This document shows, piece by piece, positions 1 through 6,476 of a DNA stretch of 16,376 nucleotides (position 1 is the first letter of the stretch; the number at the start of each line of letters is the position of its first letter). The notes under the pieces were generated by a model. It ran no database searches, was not told the DNA's origin, and saw nothing but the letters and a program-made list of their open reading frames with translations. Origin of the DNA: a candidate division WOR-3 bacterium (GTDB taxonomy: Bacteria; Hydrothermota; Hydrothermia; LBFQ01). The translations under genes were made by a program, and so were the position numbers. The stretch spans positions 1 to 16,376 of the forward strand of contig JALUCS010000035.1 of NCBI GenBank assembly GCA_027050205.1, read 5' to 3'.

Positions 1-743
1 ACCTTCAGCCCCCCGAACCTCCTCCCTACCCTGAACCCCACCTCGTACAGGAGGGTTGGGGCCATCTCAAAGGTATATACGTACCTCCCCACCTGCTCCT
101 CGGCGAACTGGAAGCTCAAGACGGCGTCGTTCTGAATTCCGGAGAGGGCGAAGGTGTCCTCGTATATCCGACCGCCTACGTACCTTATATCCCATCCCCC
201 GCTTCCGGAAAAGCGGCTTACGCTCCCCTCGGCTGCGAGGAAGTAGTCTCCGAGCCACCTGCCGAGGCCGAAGGTTATGGGGAGGTAGTTGAAGTTGGAT
301 TCGGATGAGAGGACGGGCTGGACGGTGATTTTGCCCCTTATCCTCCACCGGACCGGCACCTTGGAGCGGAGGCCGTCCACATCCACGGGGCGTAGGGTGT
401 CCTCAACCGTGGCGTCTATGTCTCCCCAGATGACCTCCGGGGGGTTGGCGGGGAGGGAACTGGTGCCAAGGGGAGGGGTGGAGACGTGGATGGAGGGGAG
501 GGAGAGGTAGAGGAGCCAGTCGCCGGACCACAGGGCGGATACGCGGAACCTCATACCGTTGGATACCTTGAAGGCCACCGGGAAGGCGTAGTTCTGGGGC
601 AACCCCTCCGGCCGGACGAAGGTTTGAATGTTGTCTATCTGGGCGAAGTGGAACCCTCCGGTGATGTAGGTGCTGTCAATGGGATAGTCGTAGAGGAATA
701 GGGGCGGGGTTGGGAGGAAGTAGAAGACGGAGAACTCAACCAT
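1..743 (-). CDS. Hypothetical protein, beta-strand-rich, possibly outer-membrane or exported; 3' end runs off the window
   Basis: Hand translation from ATG at 743: MVEFSVFYFLPTPPLFLYDYPIDSTYITGGFHFAQIDNIQ...YEVGFRVGRRFGGLK, open for 247 codons to the window edge. The start overlaps the stop of the upstream nuclease gene (ATGGTTGA). Absent from the ORF track because no stop lies in the window. Confidence 0.75.
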   Translation of the reverse strand, partial: MVEFSVFYFLPTPPLFLYDYPIDSTYITGGFHFAQIDNIQTFVRPEGLPQNYAFPVAFKVSNGMRFRVSALWSGDWLLYLSLPSIHVSTPPLGTSSLPANPPEVIWGDIDATVEDTLRPVDVDGLRSKVPVRWRIRGKITVQPVLSSESNFNYLPITFGLGRWLGDYFLAAEGSVSRFSGSGGWDIRYVGGRIYEDTFALSGIQNDAVLSFQFAEEQVGRYVYTFEMAPTLLYEVGFRVGRRFGGLK

Positions 744-1755
744 ACGCCTCTATCCTAAGGGTGTAGCCGAACCGGCTCGCGAGGAGGCGGAGGAGCCTGT
801 GGGCGAAGTTGGCGTTCAGGTTGGTCTCTACGTAAAGCTCCGGGGAGATCCGGGCTGGGGCCACCATACCCTCCGGGGACCGGGATACGTACCTCCGCTT
901 CCTACCCTTCAGGTCTTTGACCTTTCGCCAGAACTCCCTCCTGTGCCGGGCGTGTAGGAACCTCACCACCTCCCTTACGGCCTCCCTCCAGCTCCTCACC
1001 TCTATGCGGACGTTGTTGAGGATTACGGCCCTCGGTTTTTTGCCCGTGAAGTCGGTCTCCTCGGCCTTTGCCACCGAAAGCGGCGGAGGGGATTTCGTCC
1101 CCCTACCCTTCAGGAAGGCCTTCAGCCTCTCAAGGCTCGGCCTATAACCGTACCGCTCCCTAACCCTCTCGCCCAGGAGCCTTACCAGTTCCCCGTCCGG
1201 TTCGGAGAGTATGGCCTCCCACGTCCTAAGGATGGCCTCCTCAACCGCCCTCTCCGAGTGGAGCTTCTCGGCGTCCTTCAGGGCCTCGCCGGATAGGACC
1301 CTCTCCTTCAGGAGGAAGCGGGTAAGACCTTCGGCTACGGCCTCCGCATTGCCGTCCCCTAAATCCAAGGCCAGAAACCTCCTCTCCCGCCACCTAACCT
1401 TGCGGATGGGTAGGTACATCCACCACTCAAGGCCGTTCGTCAGTACGGCCAACTCCACTCCCTCCTTGAAGGCGTACTTCAGGAGCTGCTCCTGATGATC
1501 CTCCAACCTCTCACCCGGCGCCTTCACCTCTATGAAGACCTTCGCCTTCCCGTCCTCCCCCTTCAAGGCGTAATCTACGGCACTCTTCCCCTCTATCCGA
1601 TACTCCGGTTCCACCTCGTCCACGTCAAATATGTCCCAACCGAGGGCGTCCAGTACGGGGAGGACCACGGCCTGTCTGGTGTTGGCTTCGTCGTACTCCC
1701 TTAAGTTCCTCCCCTTCAGGGACCTCAAAACCTTCCTCAACTTCCCGTTCTTCAC
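736..1755 (-). CDS. Restriction endonuclease-like protein: HsdR_N-type PD-(D/E)xK nuclease domain plus a C-terminal SeqA-like DNA-binding domain
   Basis: Motifs LPVLDALGWD, VEPEY, VDYAL (D61), FIEVK (E76/K78), QLLKY (QxxxY) and AVLTNG are typical of HSDR_N domains. There is no helicase motor. C-terminal LKGRKRRYVS and YVETNLNAN resemble the SeqA C-terminal domain. GTG start. Confidence 0.8.
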   Translation of the reverse strand: MKNGKLRKVLRSLKGRNLREYDEANTRQAVVLPVLDALGWDIFDVDEVEPEYRIEGKSAVDYALKGEDGKAKVFIEVKAPGERLEDHQEQLLKYAFKEGVELAVLTNGLEWWMYLPIRKVRWRERRFLALDLGDGNAEAVAEGLTRFLLKERVLSGEALKDAEKLHSERAVEEAILRTWEAILSEPDGELVRLLGERVRERYGYRPSLERLKAFLKGRGTKSPPPLSVAKAEETDFTGKKPRAVILNNVRIEVRSWREAVREVVRFLHARHRREFWRKVKDLKGRKRRYVSRSPEGMVAPARISPELYVETNLNANFAHRLLRLLASRFGYTLRIEAYG

Positions 1756-1764
1756 GAAAGGTGT

Positions 1765-1770
1765 ATTTTA
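1765..1770 (-). promoter_or_regulatory. -10-like hexamer TAAAAT, 9 nt upstream of GTG 1755
   Basis: Minus strand reads ctTAAAATacacctttcGTG; no SD. Confidence 0.6.
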
Positions 1771-1782
1771 AGCCCGGAGTCG

Positions 1783-2790
1783 CTACGTGTAGAACTCCCG
1801 CTTCAGGGGCCGCTCCATCAGTTTGCTCAAGGCCTCAAGGGGGGACACCTTGCCCTCTATTATTTCGCAGACTACCTCGGTTATGGGGACGTCTATCCCC
1901 CTCGCCTTGGCCTCCTCCCTAACTATAAAGGCCGTCCTCACCCCCTCGGCCACCATACTCATCCCCTTCAGGATCTCCTCTATGCTCCTTCCCCGCCCCA
2001 ACTGTTCCCCCACGTACCTGTTCCGGGAGTTGGGGGAGAAGCTCGTCGTTATCATATCTCCCAGACCGGCGAGGCCGAAGAAGGTATCCCTCTTGGCCCC
2101 CAAGGATACCCCGAACCTGACCATCTCGTAGAGTCCCCGCGTCAGGAGGGCGCCCTTGGAGTTGGTGCCGAAACCGAGGCCGTCGCTTATCCCGGCGGCT
2201 ATGGCCATTACGTTCTTCAAGGCTCCCCCAAGCTCAACGCCGAGGACGTCGTCCTGGCGGTAGACCCGGAAGGTGCGGCCGGAGAAGGCCAGCTGTACCT
2301 CCGCAGCGAAGGGGTCGTCCTCGCTGGCCACGACTACGGAGGTCGGTACCCCTTTGACCACCTCAAGGGCTATGGAGGGGCCGCTAAGGACGGCGTACTT
2401 CACTTCGGGCATCACCTCGGCCGTCGCCTGGGAGACCGTCTTCAGGCCCTCCCCCACGAAACCCTTTACGGCGCTCACCATCCTCGCCGGCTTCACCTCC
2501 TCCTTGAGCCTACGTAGGACCTCGGATACGGCCGCCGACTTCACCACCAGGACGTGGAAGTCCCTACCCCGGAGGTCGGAGAGGGTGGTAGTGTATTCTA
2601 TACGCCCGTCCAGAGAGACGCCGGGGAGACGGTCCTCGTCCCTGTTGGTCTCCCTCAACCGCCTCACCCTCTCGCCGTTCCTGTCCCATACCAGTACCCT
2701 GTGGCCGTTCCTTACCAGAAGGTGAGCGAGGGCGAGACCCCAGGCCCCACCGCCCACTATTCCTACTGACCGCTTCGGAAGTCCTGCCAT
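1783..2790 (-). CDS. gpsA: NAD(P)H-dependent glycerol-3-phosphate dehydrogenase
   Basis: Rossmann motif GGGAWGLALA, plus LSGPSIALEV, GVELGGALKNVMAIAAG, GLAGLGDMITT, SRNRYVG and VAEGV. Confidence 0.97.
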   Translation of the reverse strand: MAGLPKRSVGIVGGGAWGLALAHLLVRNGHRVLVWDRNGERVRRLRETNRDEDRLPGVSLDGRIEYTTTLSDLRGRDFHVLVVKSAAVSEVLRRLKEEVKPARMVSAVKGFVGEGLKTVSQATAEVMPEVKYAVLSGPSIALEVVKGVPTSVVVASEDDPFAAEVQLAFSGRTFRVYRQDDVLGVELGGALKNVMAIAAGISDGLGFGTNSKGALLTRGLYEMVRFGVSLGAKRDTFFGLAGLGDMITTSFSPNSRNRYVGEQLGRGRSIEEILKGMSMVAEGVRTAFIVREEAKARGIDVPITEVVCEIIEGKVSPLEALSKLMERPLKREFYT

Positions 2791-3284
2791 ATCCGTATGT
2801 ACCAGTAATCGCCCTTCTTAACGAAGGTGAAAACCGCCCGCCCCATCGCCTCACCTCCTCCCTCGTAAGGGGGGTCTATCCGGAGGTAGTAGTCCCACAC
2901 CCACGTGGCGCGGTTGCTATCCTCGGAGATGGGGGCGCCGTTGGTCAGGTTGAGGATTATCTCGTCGGCGTAGTTGAAGATCTGCTGGGCCGACATTATC
3001 TCCTCGTTGTATCCCCACGATAGGCTGTCTATCCCCCACCTGTCCCTTAGGATGTCCCGGATATCGCTCTGCGAAGGGTCAAAGTAGAAGACGAAGCTGT
3101 CGGCGTCAAGGCAGTTCCGGTAGCCCTCTATGTCCTTGGAGGTGTAGGCCACCTCCAAGTTCCTCACCACGTACTCCGGTTTCACCGGAGGGTAGTACTT
3201 ACCCTTTCCGTCGTACGTCTTCGGAAGGAAGACGTTCCTACACCCCAGAAGGACCAGGGGGAGGATCAGTCCGGTATAACGGAT
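2763..3284 (-). CDS. Putative lipoprotein, possibly NTF2/SnoaL-like fold; start codon uncertain (ATC 3284, CTG 3269 or TTG 3374)
   Basis: Lipobox [10 protein letters not shown] (Cys codon 3242..3240) is followed by a globular domain ([24 protein letters not shown]...[19 protein letters not shown]). The ORF-track TTG start overlaps rpmA by more than 100 nt and gives a non-signal N-terminus. Confidence 0.7.
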   Translation of the reverse strand: MRYTGLILPLVLLGCRNVFLPKTYDGKGKYYPPVKPEYVVRNLEVAYTSKDIEGYRNCLDADSFVFYFDPSQSDIRDILRDRWGIDSLSWGYNEEIMSAQQIFNYADEIILNLTNGAPISEDSNRATWVWDYYLRIDPPYEGGGEAMGRAVFTFVKKGDYWYIRIWQDFRSGQ

Positions 3285-3517
3285 ACGTACTTCCTCCCCT
3301 TCCTCTCGTGAAACTTCACGACCCCATCCACCGTCGCGTAGATGGTGAAGTCGGAACCCATAGCCACGCCCCAACCGGGGTGGATGCGGGTCCCCCTCTG
3401 CCTGACGATTATCTGGCCCTTCTGTACGAACTGGCCCCCGTACTTCTTAACGCCGAGGTACTTGGGGTTGCTGTCTCTTCCGTTCTTGGTGCTTCCACCT
3501 GCCTTCTTACTCGCCAT
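3266..3517 (-). CDS. rpmA: 50S ribosomal protein L27
   Basis: [29 protein letters not shown]...[13 protein letters not shown]...[14 protein letters not shown] is the canonical bL27 pattern. Confidence 0.98.
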   Translation of the reverse strand: MASKKAGGSTKNGRDSNPKYLGVKKYGGQFVQKGQIIVRQRGTRIHPGWGVAMGSDFTIYATVDGVVKFHERKGRKYVSVIPD

Positions 3518-3525
3518 AGACGGGT

Positions 3526-3531
3526 ATTTTA
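3526..3531 (-). promoter_or_regulatory. -10-like hexamer TAAAAT, 8 nt upstream of rpmA ATG
   Basis: Minus strand reads actTTAAAATacccgtctATG; no SD. Confidence 0.65.
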
Positions 3532-3545
3532 AAGTTGATAGGTGC

Positions 3546-4604
3546 CTACCGTACGAGGAGGAGCCTGTACCCGCCGCCCGACTTCAGGAGGTACTTGCCT
3601 CTGGCCCTGTTGATGGGGCCAACCTTACGACCGGAGGGGTCGTAGGCCACACCGAAGGGGGTATAAGTTATGTCCCGCTCGCGGATAGGGGTCGGCAGGA
3701 GAAGCTCGTAGATGCCGGGAAGGGGACCGACCACATACACGTAGTTTCCGGCCAGGTCGGCACCTACCCCCGGAAATACGGAATAACCGTAGTCCCAATA
3801 GAAGCCCAACTCCCGTACGTCCGTCGGATCCGAGACGTCATACACATCCACCCACGCCTCATCGCCGTACCCAGCGGATAGAAACACCATACGGTTCCCC
3901 TTAACCTTTAGGAAGACGGGGTTCAAGAAGGTGGATACGGTATCCACCGGATAGGGGGCGGAGGGGTCGGTTATGTTGAAGATGATAATCCCGTCGGAGG
4001 TAAGGGCGTAGAGGTATCCCCGGCTAATGTCTATTATCCCCGCACCCTGGGGTATGGCTCCGATCTCGGAGGGAAAGCTGGGGTAGGCCACACTGTAAAG
4101 CTTGATGCTGTCCAACGTAGCCACGGCGAGGACGCTACCGTCGCGGGCCACATCCCTTACTACGGCGGGATAGGTTATCGTACGGACAACGCGGGGATAG
4201 TAGGGATTGGAGAAGCTCACAACAAGGAGCCTGTTGCTGTCGGTTACGTATGCTATAGTGTCGTACACGGCGAGTCTGGGGAAACCTCTAAGAGGTGCGA
4301 TTAGGTATCCGAGTCGGTAAGGGGAGGTCAGGTCGCTAACGTCGTATATCACCAGATACCCATCCAGCCCCACGCTCAAGAGCGTAGTGGAGACCAACTC
4401 CATATCCGAGACCTGGCCGAGGAGAGAATCGTGAGTGGAAGATAGAGTATGGCCGAGGAGATCCCTAACGGAAAGGCTCCGGTAATCCCCAACGAAGAGG
4501 GCGTCCCGGACGGTGTCCGTAAGGAGGGCCGTACCGTAAAGCGAGCCTATCCGCCTCATATTGAGCGAATCTATAGCGTAAAGGCTGACGAGAACCGTCA
4601 TCAT
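3546..4604 (-). CDS. LVIVD-repeat beta-propeller protein with a short T9SS/Por-like C-terminal tail; start re-called to ATG 4604
   Basis: Repeats [49 protein letters not shown]-terminus YDPSGRKV...GKYLLK...LLLVR. The ORF-track start at 4763 would overlap the divergent HIT gene, and TACAAT lies 8 nt upstream of ATG 4604. Confidence 0.8.
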   Translation of the reverse strand: MMTVLVSLYAIDSLNMRRIGSLYGTALLTDTVRDALFVGDYRSLSVRDLLGHTLSSTHDSLLGQVSDMELVSTTLLSVGLDGYLVIYDVSDLTSPYRLGYLIAPLRGFPRLAVYDTIAYVTDSNRLLVVSFSNPYYPRVVRTITYPAVVRDVARDGSVLAVATLDSIKLYSVAYPSFPSEIGAIPQGAGIIDISRGYLYALTSDGIIIFNITDPSAPYPVDTVSTFLNPVFLKVKGNRMVFLSAGYGDEAWVDVYDVSDPTDVRELGFYWDYGYSVFPGVGADLAGNYVYVVGPLPGIYELLLPTPIRERDITYTPFGVAYDPSGRKVGPINRARGKYLLKSGGGYRLLLVR

Positions 4605-4612
4605 AGGGTCCA

Positions 4613-4618
4613 ATTGTA
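4613..4618 (-). promoter_or_regulatory. -10-like hexamer TACAAT, 8 nt upstream of ATG 4604
   Basis: Minus strand reads gatTACAATtggaccctATGATG. Confidence 0.6.
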
Positions 4619-4674
4619 ATCCGGTAATACTAACCTTATCGCCCGTACTCCTGCACATGCTACGCCTACACCAG

Positions 4675-4680
4675 TAGAAT
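4675..4680 (+). promoter_or_regulatory. -10-like hexamer TAGAAT, 6 nt upstream of HIT ATG
   Basis: ccagTAGAATagcagtATG; no SD. Confidence 0.65.
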
Positions 4681-4686
4681 AGCAGT

Positions 4687-5169
4687 ATGCGGAAGCTGTG
4701 GGCCCCTTGGAGGGCGAAGTTCATCCTACACGTTAAGAAGGACGAGTGCATATTCTGTACCAAACCGAAGGAAAGGGACGAGGAGGCCTACATCCTGTAC
4801 CGTGGGAAGTACAACTTCATCATCCTAAACATCTTCCCCTACAACTCCGGCCACCTGATGATAGCCCCCTACGCCCACAAGTCCTCCCCGGAGTACCTGA
4901 CAAAGGAGGAGTATACGGAAATGTTTGAGCTTCTGCAGTGGAGCATAGAGAACCTCCGCCTCGCCCTTAAACCCGACGGCTTCAACGTCGGTTTCAACAT
5001 CGGGAGGGTGGCCGGAGCGGGCTACGAGGGCCACATACACCTCCACATCGTACCCCGATGGAACGGAGACACCAACTTCATGCCCGTAATAGGGGATACT
5101 AAAGTCATATCTGTCGGCATAGAGGACACCTACAGGCTCCTCAAACCCCTGTTTGAAAGGGAGTCGTAG
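4687..5169 (+). CDS. HIT family protein (Fhit / Ap4A phosphorylase-like)
   Basis: LWAPWR, CIFC, LNIFPYNSGHLMIAP, GFNVGFNIGRVAGAG and the histidine triad HIHLHIVPRWNGDTNFM. Confidence 0.93.
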   Translation: MRKLWAPWRAKFILHVKKDECIFCTKPKERDEEAYILYRGKYNFIILNIFPYNSGHLMIAPYAHKSSPEYLTKEEYTEMFELLQWSIENLRLALKPDGFNVGFNIGRVAGAGYEGHIHLHIVPRWNGDTNFMPVIGDTKVISVGIEDTYRLLKPLFERES

Positions 5170-5172
5170 CTT

Positions 5173-5541
5173 ATGACGGAGAACGGGGAGGAACTCCTAA
5201 GGAGCCTTAAAAAGTTTTTGGTGACCAAGGGGGATTTGAGCGAGACGGTGCGGCTCCTGAAGGGTGAGCTGGGGGGCTTCAAGGCCGAGATCTACAACCA
5301 CTTCCACGCCCTTGAGAACAGGCTGGACGCCCTAAGCGAAGGGGTCAGAGAAGTCTACAGGTTGAAGCAGGAGATATCCACCCTTAAGGGACGGATGGAG
5401 GAGTTGGAGAGGAGGTTGGATCGCGTTGAGGGGCGGGTTAGGAGGATAGGCTCCTCCATTCTAACTTTGACGGTCGTCAGCGTCGTTTCCGCCCTCCTAC
5501 TCCTCGCCATCCTGGTACTCCTCCTTACGAGGCCCTTATGA
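5173..5541 (+). CDS. Coiled-coil protein with a single C-terminal transmembrane anchor
   Basis: Heptad-rich region LENRLDALSEGVREVYRLKQEISTLKGRMEELERRLDRVE, followed by a hydrophobic tail ILTLTVVSVVSALLLLAILVLLL. Starts 3 nt after the HIT stop, with GGGAG upstream. Confidence 0.75.
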   Translation: MTENGEELLRSLKKFLVTKGDLSETVRLLKGELGGFKAEIYNHFHALENRLDALSEGVREVYRLKQEISTLKGRMEELERRLDRVEGRVRRIGSSILTLTVVSVVSALLLLAILVLLLTRPL

Positions 5542-6457
5542 ACACGCAGTCCCCGTCCTTTACGACGTAGTCCCTCCCCTCCAACCTGACCCAGTTCCTC
5601 TCCTTCGCCCCCTTCCAGCCTCCGGCGGCTACGAGTTTGTCCCACTCTATCACCTCTGCCCGTACGAAGCGTTTGGCGAGGTCGTTGTGTATGGTGGCGG
5701 CCGCCTCTATCACCGTCCCCCCCCTCCTCAAAGGCCACGCCTTCGTCTCCTTCTCCCCCGGCGTGAAGAAGGTTATGGTGTCCGTAGCCTTCAGTATGGC
5801 CTCGGAAACCCTCCGGTTCAACTCCTCCGGAGCCTCCCCCTTCAAATTTGCTACGACGTACGGCAACCCTTGGGCCTCCACCTCGGACAGGGCATCCGGG
5901 GGCGTCCGGTTTTCGGGGGTCTCGTTAAAGAGTATAACCCGCGGCTTGACGGAGAGGAGACCCAGCCCCCTTAGGACCTTCAGCTCCTCCTCCTTGAATC
6001 CGACGGCGTAGAGGGGGGTACCCTCCTCCACCGCCTCCAACGCCCGCTCTAAGGTTCGCAGTTCCCTCTCGCTCCCCCTCCCCACGGCCACCTCCTTTTT
6101 CAACCTCTCTATCCTCCGGGATAGGACGTCGCTCTCTATGCTCAAGAACCGCAGGGTCGTGTCGGTGAAGCTCAAGAAGTCCCCCACCAATCCCCCGCTG
6201 ACCTCAAGGAAGGCGTCGGCCTCCGCCAACTCCTGAAACACCCGCGTAGGTTTGTTCTCGTTGTAGGCCTTGCCGAGGGCATCGCTGTCTATCAGGGTAA
6301 TCTGCATAGGGGTGACCTTTCGGGGGCGGAAGACCTCCGCCAGCTTTCGGAGCCTCTCGTCTTCAACCCGGAGCGTCCCCACCCCCCTACCCCCGGTTAG
6401 CCTCTCCACCAACGTACTCTTTCCTATGAAGGAGGGACCTATTACGAAGACCTTCAC
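5525..6457 (-). CDS. YchF/Ola1-like P-loop protein with C-terminal YchF TGS (DUF933) domain and degenerate G motifs
   Basis: P-loop GPSFIGKST; DERLRKLAEVFRPRKVTP; C-terminus ITFFTPGEKETKAW...AAATIHNDLAKRFVRAEVI...RLEGRDYVVKDGD matches the YchF C-terminal domain. Confidence 0.85.
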   Translation of the reverse strand: MKVFVIGPSFIGKSTLVERLTGGRGVGTLRVEDERLRKLAEVFRPRKVTPMQITLIDSDALGKAYNENKPTRVFQELAEADAFLEVSGGLVGDFLSFTDTTLRFLSIESDVLSRRIERLKKEVAVGRGSERELRTLERALEAVEEGTPLYAVGFKEEELKVLRGLGLLSVKPRVILFNETPENRTPPDALSEVEAQGLPYVVANLKGEAPEELNRRVSEAILKATDTITFFTPGEKETKAWPLRRGGTVIEAAATIHNDLAKRFVRAEVIEWDKLVAAGGWKGAKERNWVRLEGRDYVVKDGDCVFIRAS

Positions 6458-6464
6458 GGCACCT

Positions 6465-6470
6465 ATTCTA
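6465..6470 (-). promoter_or_regulatory. -10-like hexamer TAGAAT, 7 nt upstream of GTG 6457
   Basis: Minus strand reads gattTAGAATaggtgccGTG, inside a 19-nt intergenic gap. Confidence 0.65.
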
Positions 6471-6476
6471 AATCCG

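Noticed and set aside
56..701. Short ORFs 56..292, 67..348, 289..510 and 486..701
   Set aside because: All are explained as shadows of the longer minus-strand frame starting at 743.
736..1755. Calling this gene hsdR of a Type I R-M system
   Set aside because: It is only 339 aa with no DEAD-box motor, and there is no hsdM or hsdS in the window.
4605..4763. N-terminal extension of the 405-aa ORF in the track
   Set aside because: It overlaps the divergent HIT gene and both promoters and is not protein-like. ATG 4604 fits the local -10 pattern.
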